The notes under the pieces were generated by a model. It had not been told where the DNA came from and searched no databases. It saw only the letters and a list, made by a program, of their open reading frames with translations. Source: Arthrobacter sp. KN11-1C (GTDB lineage Bacteria; Actinomycetota; Actinomycetes; Actinomycetales; Micrococcaceae). From it: a stretch of 24,000 bases of DNA. This document shows positions 15,999 to 23,194 of the stretch, piece by piece. Within the stretch, counting starts at the first letter, position 1. Each line of letters starts with the position of its first letter. A program made the translations under genes and the position numbers. The stretch is from assembly GCF_052180225.1 (NCBI RefSeq), contig NZ_CP197467.1:4030793-4054792 (forward strand). Direction: 5' to 3'.

Positions 15999-16013
15999 GT
16001 GATGACCTGTCAA
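15986..16013 (-). promoter_or_regulatory. sigma-70-like promoter for the small-ORF / yhfT-like transcription unit
   Basis: On the minus strand the elements read TTGACA (16013-16008), a 16-nt spacer, then TAATAT (15991-15986). This predicts a transcription start near 15979, about 98 nt upstream of the small ORF. Confidence 0.5.
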
Positions 16014-16019
16014 GGTCAT
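16002..16019. promoter_or_regulatory. perfect 7-4-7 inverted repeat ATGACCT-GTCA-AGGTCAT centred on the -35 hexamer
   Basis: Read directly from the sequence. The arms are exact reverse complements, and the TTGACA -35 (minus strand) lies in the centre. Confidence 0.45.
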
Positions 16020-16111
16020 TTCGTGTCTAGGTTAGCTTGCGGCTACCGAGCGGCTTTACCGGTTGTCATCGAAAGCCTGAGCTGCCCTCGCGGTGGATCG
16101 TTCCGCCCGCC

Positions 16112-16732
16112 CTAGAGCAGGTCCCGCACATGGCCCGTTTCGTTCACCGAAATGAGGCTGCGAGCAGCCCTTTGGTCAGCGATCACCCGGGTGATTGATC
16201 CATATGCCGGAGAATAGGGAAGGGCAAGCCAAAAGGCTTTGTCTTGGCCCAAAACATGGCCGGTATAAGCATTAATGACGCCCGCGTGGGTAAACAACAC
16301 GGCAGTACCACCTGGATGTTTACGGATGATCGACTCTACGGCCCCGACAACTTGAGCTCGGAACGCGGTGAGATCGATTTCAGGGTCATAAAAATGTCCC
16401 TGCCGAAGCGCCTGCCATCGGGGGTCGTTCGCCTTTTTGAGTTCTTCAACCGGCACATACGCGGGGCCGGCCGAGTCCCATTCAGCAATCTCCTGGACGA
16501 GGGTCGCTGTGATACTAAGCCGGTTTGCCAACGGTGATGCCGTCTCCACTGCACGCAGTAAGGGCGAGGAATAGATCTCATCGATCCGTTCCGCAGCCAA
16601 AAAGTCAGCGACCTGTTGGGCTTGACGGACGCCGTCGGCTGCCAGACCGGGGTCCGCTGCCGCAGTCGGAACCGTTTCGGTTGGCCCGTCGACACGCAGC
16701 GGAAGCCCGTGCCGAACCATTATGAGTCGCAC
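16112..16732 (-). CDS. histidine phosphatase (phosphoglycerate-mutase-like) family protein
   Basis: 206 aa from GTG 16732, which is 4 nt after the aldolase stop. The RHG motif is LIMVRHGLP. Also present are SSPLLRAVETA and the second catalytic His context LFTHAGVINA. The track ORF (start 16885) overlaps the aldolase gene and adds non-homologous sequence. Confidence 0.8.
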   Translation of the reverse strand: MRLIMVRHGLPLRVDGPTETVPTAAADPGLAADGVRQAQQVADFLAAERIDEIYSSPLLRAVETASPLANRLSITATLVQEIAEWDSAGPAYVPVEELKKANDPRWQALRQGHFYDPEIDLTAFRAQVVGAVESIIRKHPGGTAVLFTHAGVINAYTGHVLGQDKAFWLALPYSPAYGSITRVIADQRAARSLISVNETGHVRDLL

Positions 16733-16736
16733 CGCC

Positions 16737-17372
16737 CTATCCCACCTGAATGGATAGGGCGTCACGAAACCGTTTCGCCCCTGACCTGACGAGTTCATAC
16801 GCGCCCTGCTCGGCGGACAGGCTCGGCACCAGATCTGACCCGGCGAACACGGCCACCGCACCGGCTTGGAGAAATGCAAGAGCATTTTCTGGCGTCACCC
16901 CGCCCGATGGCACCAAGGCAAGGTGGGGAAACGGTCCCAAGAGGTCGCGCAGGTACCTGGGGCCTGCGGTATTCGCGGGAAATATTTTTATTGCCGCGGC
17001 TCCCATCGAATGGGCGTTGTAGACCTCGGTCGGGCTCAGCGCACCGGGGAAAAAGGGTATGTCATGTTCGTTGCATACGGCGGCCACTGCGGGGACGAGG
17101 CCAGGCGACACGACAAACTTGGCTCCCGCAGAGATCGCTTCTCGGGCCTGATCTGCGGTCAGGATCGTGCCAGCGCCCACCACCGCTGATGCCTCGGAAG
17201 CGACTTCCCGGATGATTTCCGCGGCTGATGGGATAGTGAAAGTGAACTCGACGCACCGGATACCTTCACCGCTGAGTGTACGGACCAGCCGCACGGGATC
17301 ATCCACGGATTTGGCTCGGATGACCGCTGCGACTCTATCTTCTTTGAGGACGGTCAATACTGGAGTAGTCAT
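16737..17372 (-). CDS. eda: 2-dehydro-3-deoxyphosphogluconate / 4-hydroxy-2-oxoglutarate aldolase (Eda family)
   Basis: 211 aa. Signatures: AVIRA, IRCVEFTF, VGAGTILT, KFVVSPG, FFPGALSPTEV, IKIFPA (Schiff-base Lys) and VPSGGVTPEN. Confidence 0.85.
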   Translation of the reverse strand: MTTPVLTVLKEDRVAAVIRAKSVDDPVRLVRTLSGEGIRCVEFTFTIPSAAEIIREVASEASAVVGAGTILTADQAREAISAGAKFVVSPGLVPAVAAVCNEHDIPFFPGALSPTEVYNAHSMGAAAIKIFPANTAGPRYLRDLLGPFPHLALVPSGGVTPENALAFLQAGAVAVFAGSDLVPSLSAEQGAYELVRSGAKRFRDALSIQVG

Positions 17373-17423
17373 AATTCACTTCCTACGGTCGTGGATGTCT
17401 GATTCTAGGGCGCAAATAGGGAG

Positions 17424-18425
17424 TCACAATCCGGCGGTGGCCATCGATGTGCCGCTCTCGCTTTTGCCCGACAATGCCAACTCGGACAAACGGTCGAATG
17501 AAGGTCCGGAGGCGGGGATCTCAATTCCGAATACTTCCGCGATGACCTGTGTCCAGCCGTGAATGAAATAGACCCAGCCATCAACGACGGTGACGTTTAG
17601 CTGAGCGTCAGCCGACCTCGCTTGGTCAAGAAAGACAAGGTCACCCCGGTAGTTCAAGTCCCAGACAATCGCGTTCTCCGGGAACCGGGCCCGGTCGGTA
17701 AGCGGGGATCCGGGCATGTCCTTACCCAGGCCAGTGGCATTTATGATTACGGAACCCTCCGGGAGGTTCTGCAGCACCGCATCGTTGTCCTGCGGATTCG
17801 GGGTATGCACCAGTTCCAGGGGGACATCCGACTTCAGTTCGTCGTGGACCCGGCGAAGACTCGCCAATCGTTGCTGGCTGCGGTTCGAAATTACGACCCG
17901 CCGGGGCCGGTCCGTTCCCCTTTCCGGGCGGGTCAGATACCAACTGATCGCAACTGCCGAGCCACCAGCCCCCATGACGAACACGTCGGCCTCACGGTCA
18001 CGCCAGTAACCGCGGGGGATAAAATCCTCCAGAGCAAAGCCTGACGAAATAGGATCCTTCGCATGAGCGGTGAGGATTCCACCCGGCTTCGAAATACAGC
18101 TGACCTCCGACATCAGCGCCGCAAGGGGATCTACGACATCGAACAAATCCACGGCAGCGTTGTAGAGATCAATCTTGTGCGTCGTTACAAGGGCGCCAAG
18201 ACTGAGGGGGTCATCCTTAATAAAGGCCACCACATTCCTGTAGGCGTCAGGCGATGCATGCAGCGGCATGTCAATGCCGACAAGTTGAACGCCGCTCAAC
18301 CCCAGCTCCTGAGCCCACAGGGGAAATACCCTGCGAATGGAAGAGCTGCCGGTCGTCACCCCAATGAAATACAAGGTTGGACGGACCGCTGGCTGGAGAG
18401 TGTCATGTTTATAGGTGATATCCAC
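17424..18425 (-). CDS. shikimate/quinate 5-dehydrogenase-like NAD(P) oxidoreductase (AroE family, divergent)
   Basis: 333 aa from GTG 18425 (AAGGG, 6-nt spacer). The N-terminal substrate domain has YFIGV...S.S ... LGALVTTHK. The dinucleotide loop is VMGAGGSAVAI. The C-terminal INATGLG ... VWDLNY matches AroE-like topology. Confidence 0.7.
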   Translation of the reverse strand: MDITYKHDTLQPAVRPTLYFIGVTTGSSSIRRVFPLWAQELGLSGVQLVGIDMPLHASPDAYRNVVAFIKDDPLSLGALVTTHKIDLYNAAVDLFDVVDPLAALMSEVSCISKPGGILTAHAKDPISSGFALEDFIPRGYWRDREADVFVMGAGGSAVAISWYLTRPERGTDRPRRVVISNRSQQRLASLRRVHDELKSDVPLELVHTPNPQDNDAVLQNLPEGSVIINATGLGKDMPGSPLTDRARFPENAIVWDLNYRGDLVFLDQARSADAQLNVTVVDGWVYFIHGWTQVIAEVFGIEIPASGPSFDRLSELALSGKSESGTSMATAGL

Positions 18426-18511
18426 TTCTTACCCTTTCGCGTCTGCGTATGAACCGGGTGGAATGCCCGTAGAGGTTCGAGCTGCCAACATCAGCAACAT
18501 ATAATCACATC

Positions 18512-18524
18512 ATCATGTAATGAT
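18512..18524. promoter_or_regulatory. candidate operator ATCAT-GTA-ATGAT (same ATCAT-N3-ATGAT architecture as 13153-13165)
   Basis: It is identical to ATCATATTATGAT in 11 of 13 positions and is nested in the outer arms CATCAT (18508-13) / ATGATG (18525-30). It lies 87 nt upstream of the aroE-like start. It also lies just downstream of a consensus plus-strand TATAAT (18500-18505) that could serve pdxS. Confidence 0.4.
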
Positions 18525-18663
18525 ATGATGGCAAAGTAAAGTCCCAAACCCTTGGCATTGCCGCAGCAGCGCGAGTCGCTCCCTTCCGCGACTCTCGTCG
18601 GCGAGCTGAAGGCACGTCCTTCCGTTCAAGGGATTCGCCTTCATAGCTTCAACTGCCTCAATA

Positions 18664-18691
18664 CCCCTGCCAGCTGCCCGGCTGGCAGGGG
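18664..18691 (+). other. 11-bp perfect stem-loop in the pdxS 5' leader
   Basis: CCCCTGCCAGC-tgcccg-GCTGGCAGGGG ends 30 nt before the pdxS GTG. A second 7-bp hairpin, GAGTCGC-N8-GCGACTC, lies at 18573-18594. Confidence 0.5.
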
Positions 18692-18721
18692 AATCTACCG
18701 TCACCAGCCAAGGAATTACTC

Positions 18722-19639
18722 GTGTTTGAGACGCCATTCCAACCTTCGTCCGCAGCCAGCGTTACGGGCAGCAGCCGCGTCAAGCGCGGCATGGCCGAGA
18801 TGCTCAAGGGCGGCGTCATCATGGACGTCGTCAACGTCGAGCAGGCCCGCATCGCCGAAGATGCCGGTGCCGTGGCCGTCATGGCGCTCGAGCGCGTTCC
18901 CGCCGACATCCGCGCCCAAGGCGGCGTGTCCCGCATGTCGGACCCGGACATGATCGACCAGATCATCGCCGCCGTGTCCATCCCCGTCATGGCCAAGGCC
19001 CGCATCGGCCACTTCGTCGAAGCCCAGGTCCTGCAGTCCCTCGGCGTTGACTACATCGACGAGTCCGAGGTCCTGACCCCGGCCGACTACACCCACCACA
19101 TCGACAAGTGGAACTTCACGGTTCCCTTCGTCTGCGGTGCCACCAACCTCGGCGAGGCGCTGCGCCGCATCAACGAGGGCGCGGCCATGATCCGCTCCAA
19201 GGGCGAGGCCGGCACCGGCGACGTCTCCAACGCCACCACCCACATGCGCCAGATCCGCGCCGAGATCCTCCGCCTCTCCACCCTGCCCGAGGACGAACTC
19301 TACGTCGCGGCCAAGGAACTGCAGGCCCCGTACGAACTCGTCAAGGAAATCGCCGCCACCGGCAAGCTCCCCGTCGTGCTCTTCACCGCCGGCGGCATCG
19401 CCACCCCGGCCGACGCTGCCATGATGATGCAGCTCGGAGCGGACGGCGTGTTCGTCGGTTCGGGCATCTTCAAGTCCGGCAACCCGGCCCAGCGTGCCGC
19501 TGCCGTCGTGAAGGCCACCACGTTCTTCGACGACCCCGACGTCATCGCCAAGGTCTCCCGCGGCCTGGGCGAAGCCATGGTGGGCATCAACGTCGAGGAA
19601 ATCCCCGAACCCCACCGCCTCGCAGAGCGCGGCTGGTAA
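18722..19639 (+). CDS. pdxS: pyridoxal 5'-phosphate synthase, lyase subunit PdxS
   Basis: 305 aa. The match to the family is near-complete: [77 protein letters not shown], and [36 protein letters not shown] lies 7 nt before the GTG. Codon bias is very strong. Confidence 0.97.
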   Translation: MFETPFQPSSAASVTGSSRVKRGMAEMLKGGVIMDVVNVEQARIAEDAGAVAVMALERVPADIRAQGGVSRMSDPDMIDQIIAAVSIPVMAKARIGHFVEAQVLQSLGVDYIDESEVLTPADYTHHIDKWNFTVPFVCGATNLGEALRRINEGAAMIRSKGEAGTGDVSNATTHMRQIRAEILRLSTLPEDELYVAAKELQAPYELVKEIAATGKLPVVLFTAGGIATPADAAMMMQLGADGVFVGSGIFKSGNPAQRAAAVVKATTFFDDPDVIAKVSRGLGEAMVGINVEEIPEPHRLAERGW

Positions 19640-19664
19640 CCGTACGCCCTAATTCGCTCATATA

Positions 19665-20250
19665 GGAGTTGGGATGAAGAGGTGGGCACCCCTCACCCCG
19701 GCGGACAACCAACCTAGGTCAAGGCGTGGATGAAGAAACAAGCTCCGGCGCTGCGGAGCGTCTAGTGCGCCCCCTGGACGCACTAGAGGAACAGATCGTC
19801 GCGATCCCCGGCGCCAGCGCGACCGGGACGCTATTGCCAAAAGTGGCGGAGATGCCGCTCTCCCGACCGCCAGCGCAACGAGATTGGGACTAGGGTCGAA
19901 GCCCTCGTGGAGGCCCACCCCCTTCATGAGGTCCTGACCTCGGTGCTCGGAATCGGTCAGGACGCGGGCCGGCACCCGAACGCAGGTGAGGCTAAACGCA
20001 CCTGTCACCTGCCGCTCCGTTACCTCAATGCACGCGAACGCCAGCAGACGCGGGGCCAAGAAACTCGAACGGACGTCGTCCCAGGCTATGAGCGCCGCAG
20101 TCCGTCATAGCCTGGGACGGCTCCCAAATAGCACTGAGAATGGCATATCTGGCCGACAGTCACTTTCGCTGACCCACACGTGCACTGAATTAACCGAGCT
20201 GTTGGGCGTTGCGTACGCTCTAGCGCCGCAACACCCAACAGCTGATACCG
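19665..20250 (+). pseudogene. IS110-family transposase remnant (C-terminal ~180 codons, multiple frameshifts and stops; catalytic N-terminal domain absent)
   Basis: Fragments in three plus-strand frames line up in order with the C-terminal half of actinobacterial IS110 transposases. The fragments are AAERLVRPLDALEEQIVAIPGASATGTLLPKVAE; then NEIGTRVEALVEAHPLHEVLTSVLGIGQDAGR (family: EALLEAHPL..VLTSMPGIGVRTAA); then TCHLPLRYLNARERQQTRGQE (family: AGHLAAYAGLAP.TRQSG); then RRGAKKLERTSSQAMSAAV (family: RRGNK.LKRAFFLSAFAAL). The boundaries are approximate. Confidence 0.6.
20198..20242. other. 16-bp (15/16) stem-loop downstream of the ABC ATPase gene and at the end of the IS remnant
   Basis: GCTGTTGGGCGTTGCG - 13-nt loop - CGCAACACCCAACAGC. 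It lies 65 nt beyond the minus-strand ATPase stop (20307). It could be that operon's terminator or a subterminal IS structure. Confidence 0.4.
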
Positions 20251-20306
20251 CTACCAAATTTCCTGGAGAGCAGGAACCTCAAGGGGATGCGCCAGCCGAT
20301 AGGGTG

Positions 20307-21422
20307 TCAGGCTGGCTGCTTGATGGCAGGCGAGTCAACAATCGCACTTGCGCTTTCATCCGCGCGAACGAGGACACCCGCCCCTGGCAAAGCAGACACC
20401 CCGACGGTGTCACCAACGGCGATGCCAGACACCGCGCTAGGTGAATCTACCCAGATATCTGTTCCATCTGCCAACTGGATTGCATATCGGAAACCTGCGC
20501 CGCGAAACATGACGCCGGCTACTTTCCCACCCAACATCCCCTCCTGCCCTGGGGCGATGGTGATCGATTCAGGACGCAGCGAAACGAATGCTTGTTCTCC
20601 GACCGTGAACGGCGAACTCAAGTAATGCGGGAAGAACTCGCGCGAACCCGAGGCCCACTCGATTTCCGCGTTCTCGTCACCACTGTGAACCACTCGACAG
20701 GGGACAAGACTCGTATCACCAACAAACTCTGCGACATATTGAGACTGTGGGTGGCGGTAAATCTCGAACGGGGTTCCTATTTGTTTTATTTCCCCGTGAA
20801 GCATCAACGCGACTCGGTGGCTCAAGCTCATCGCTTCATCCTGCGCGTGGGTCACGTAGACAAACGTAGTTCCCAGTCGTGCCTGAATGCTCCGTAACTC
20901 TTCCTGCATCCGCTTACGGAGCTGCAGATCCAATGCGCCTAGCGGCTCGTCCAGGAGGAGGAGCCGCGGCTCATTCACGAGTGCCCGAGCCAAGGCGACC
21001 CGCTGCTGCTGGCCCCCGGATAGAAGTCGTGGGTGTCGGCCGCCGAGTGGCGTGAGATCAACCATTTCGAGCATCGCGCTGACACGGCGTCGGACTTCGC
21101 TTTCCGGGGTCTTGGAGACCCGCAACCCGTAGGCGACGTTGTCGAACACAGTCATGTGAGGAAACAAGGCATAATTCTGGAATACAAGGTTGAATGGCCG
21201 CTTGTCTGGGGGAACACGAACCAGGTCTTGGCCGCCGTACATGACTTGACCCCGGGACGGCTGTTCGAGACCACCCAAGATACGCAGCAACGTGGATTTT
21301 CCACACCCTGAAGGTCCGAGCAACGTCAGGAACTCCCCTTCCTCGATCTCTAGATCAATCGGCCCCAACGCCGTCGTACCGCCGAAGTCCTTTCCGACGC
21401 CCTGCAACGAAACCAAGCTCAT
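20307..21422 (-). CDS. ABC importer ATP-binding protein, PotA/FbpC-like with C-terminal TOBE-type domain
   Basis: 371 aa. Walker A is GPSGCGKST, the Q-loop is present, the signature is LSGGQQQRVALARAL, Walker B is LLLLDEPLGALD, and the H-loop is YVTHAQDEA. The C-terminal beta-rich regulatory domain is about 120 aa. The ATG overlaps the permease stop (ATGA at 21419-21422). Confidence 0.9.
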   Translation of the reverse strand: MSLVSLQGVGKDFGGTTALGPIDLEIEEGEFLTLLGPSGCGKSTLLRILGGLEQPSRGQVMYGGQDLVRVPPDKRPFNLVFQNYALFPHMTVFDNVAYGLRVSKTPESEVRRRVSAMLEMVDLTPLGGRHPRLLSGGQQQRVALARALVNEPRLLLLDEPLGALDLQLRKRMQEELRSIQARLGTTFVYVTHAQDEAMSLSHRVALMLHGEIKQIGTPFEIYRHPQSQYVAEFVGDTSLVPCRVVHSGDENAEIEWASGSREFFPHYLSSPFTVGEQAFVSLRPESITIAPGQEGMLGGKVAGVMFRGAGFRYAIQLADGTDIWVDSPSAVSGIAVGDTVGVSALPGAGVLVRADESASAIVDSPAIKQPA

Positions 21423-23194
21423 CGTTTACTGCCCCTTAATGCATTTACAAGGCTGCCGCGGAGCAAAACCGCGACGCCGCCGATGATCAACAATGATGCG
21501 ACTAAGAGCATTACAGCCAGCGCATTGATGCCTGGCGTCAGTCCTCTCCGGATCTGGCCTAATACCCATACGGGCAATGTGGTCCCCGTACCTATGGTGA
21601 AGTTGGTGACTAACAGCTCGTCAAGAGACACCGCAGCGGCCAACAAAGCCGCGGCGATCAGCGATGGTTTGAGCAGCGTGAGGGTCATGTCAAAGAAGAC
21701 CTTGAGCTGGCTCGCTCCGAGGTCCCTGGCGGCCTCTTCGATTCGTATATCCATAGAGAGCAGCCGCGATCGCAGTACCAGAACAATGTAAGGCGTAGCT
21801 ATAAGAATGTGTGCGAGGGCACTGGCTGCCAGGCCGACTTCCAGATTCAGGAAGGCGGCCGCTGTAAGAAGTGCTATTCCAATCATCACACCCGGCACTG
21901 CTACCGGAGCGTAGACCGCCGGCGTCAGTGCGGCCGAGGTCAGACGGCGCCGACGACTCCGGACCAGTACGAATGCCGTGGGTACCCCAAGAGCTAGACC
22001 ACCAACCACCGACGCGCCCATGAGAATCACGCTGTTTCCCAAAGCCGCATCGAATCCCGTCGTCTGAATAATGGACGCGTACCAGTGGCCCGTGAAGCCC
22101 GTGAACGGAAGACTCGGAACTGGCGAACTATTGAAGGAGAACGCGATGAGGACCAGTAGGGGTGCAGCAAGGAATATCAGAATAAGTACGGATGCTATCT
22201 GCACTATCGGGAATCGACGGAAAAGCGAGGTCCGAGAACCTGTCCGAAGATTCTTACCATTCGGAATTCCCCGGGCACCAGCCATAAGATGCCGGAAACG
22301 AGAGGCTGTAGCGGGGATCATGGCCGCTACGCCTTTCTGCAGGAGCCCGAAGCAGCCGAGGGCAACAAAGACGGACACGACGGCTACGAATGCCAACGCA
22401 GCACCCAAAGGCAGGTTCGCCGCACCGCCGAATTGGTCCTTGATGACCGATCCCACCATCTGGCCGGAGATACCTCCGACAAGCTGCGGAGTGATGTAGT
22501 CAGTCGTCGCTAATACAAAGGTGAGGGCGAAAGCTGCCTTCATTGCAGGCATCGCCAATGGGACCGTGATCTGCAACAGGCGCCGAACGCGTCCCGCTCC
22601 CAAATCCTGGGCGGCTTCCACGATGCGGGGATCGATATCTTGCAGGCCACCGTAAATGACCAATGTTGCGATTGGCAAGTACACGTACACCAGCGTCACG
22701 ACAATCGCGAAATAGCCATAGAACAAGAATCCAATCGGCTTATCTACGATGTGCAGGGACATCAGCGTGCTGTTTACGATTCCGTTGGTGCCGAGGATCG
22801 TACCCCACGCGTACACCCGAACGATGTATGACGCCAGCAACGACAGTGCGATAGCGAACAATACCGGCTTTCCAAACCTGCCCAGTCTGAAGGTAATAGC
22901 GTATGCGAGGATGAACGCCAGGACAGTCATACAAGCAGCCGCAATGGCGCCAACTGCAAGGCTTTTTGCGATCAATGTCAGATATAGCGGCGAACCCAAG
23001 ACCTCGGCGTAGTTCGCCGCGGTGATGTTTCTGGTTACCGTGAAGAACCCCGCCTCCCAGAAGCTGTAGAGCGCCAAGATCGCCAGTGGAAGGACAAGGA
23101 CACCCAGGACGTATACCCAAAACGGTAACGCGAGTAACGCTAGCTTTTCCTTGCGGTCTGCTGTTTGCCGAGGGACGTCAGCGGTCAGGTTCAT
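21419..23194 (-). CDS. fused double-domain ABC permease (PotB-PotC / FbpB-like)
   Basis: 591 aa from ATG 23194, which overlaps the binding-protein stop (ATGA at 23191-23194); the track start is 23227. There are two transmembrane domains, each with an EAA loop: EAAQDLGAGRVRRLLQITVPLAMPA and EAARDLGASQLKVFFDMTLTLLKPS. Confidence 0.88.
   Translation of the reverse strand: MNLTADVPRQTADRKEKLALLALPFWVYVLGVLVLPLAILALYSFWEAGFFTVTRNITAANYAEVLGSPLYLTLIAKSLAVGAIAAACMTVLAFILAYAITFRLGRFGKPVLFAIALSLLASYIVRVYAWGTILGTNGIVNSTLMSLHIVDKPIGFLFYGYFAIVVTLVYVYLPIATLVIYGGLQDIDPRIVEAAQDLGAGRVRRLLQITVPLAMPAMKAAFALTFVLATTDYITPQLVGGISGQMVGSVIKDQFGGAANLPLGAALAFVAVVSVFVALGCFGLLQKGVAAMIPATASRFRHLMAGARGIPNGKNLRTGSRTSLFRRFPIVQIASVLILIFLAAPLLVLIAFSFNSSPVPSLPFTGFTGHWYASIIQTTGFDAALGNSVILMGASVVGGLALGVPTAFVLVRSRRRRLTSAALTPAVYAPVAVPGVMIGIALLTAAAFLNLEVGLAASALAHILIATPYIVLVLRSRLLSMDIRIEEAARDLGASQLKVFFDMTLTLLKPSLIAAALLAAAVSLDELLVTNFTIGTGTTLPVWVLGQIRRGLTPGINALAVMLLVASLLIIGGVAVLLRGSLVNALRGSKR

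Noticed and set aside
18541-18721. pdxS leader as a known riboswitch
   Set aside because: I cannot match it to any riboswitch class I know. It is kept only as a low-interest structured-leader observation.
18716-19665. 299-aa minus-strand ORF and 185-aa plus-strand out-of-frame ORF overlapping pdxS
   Set aside because: pdxS is unambiguous. The alternatives are repetitive (Gly/Asp/Val/His-rich or Arg/Pro/His-rich) and are artefacts of extreme GC3 bias.
19986-20444. 152-aa plus-strand ORF treated as a real gene
   Set aside because: Its first part is one frame of the frameshifted IS110 remnant. The rest runs antisense into the ABC ATPase gene. It has no independent support.
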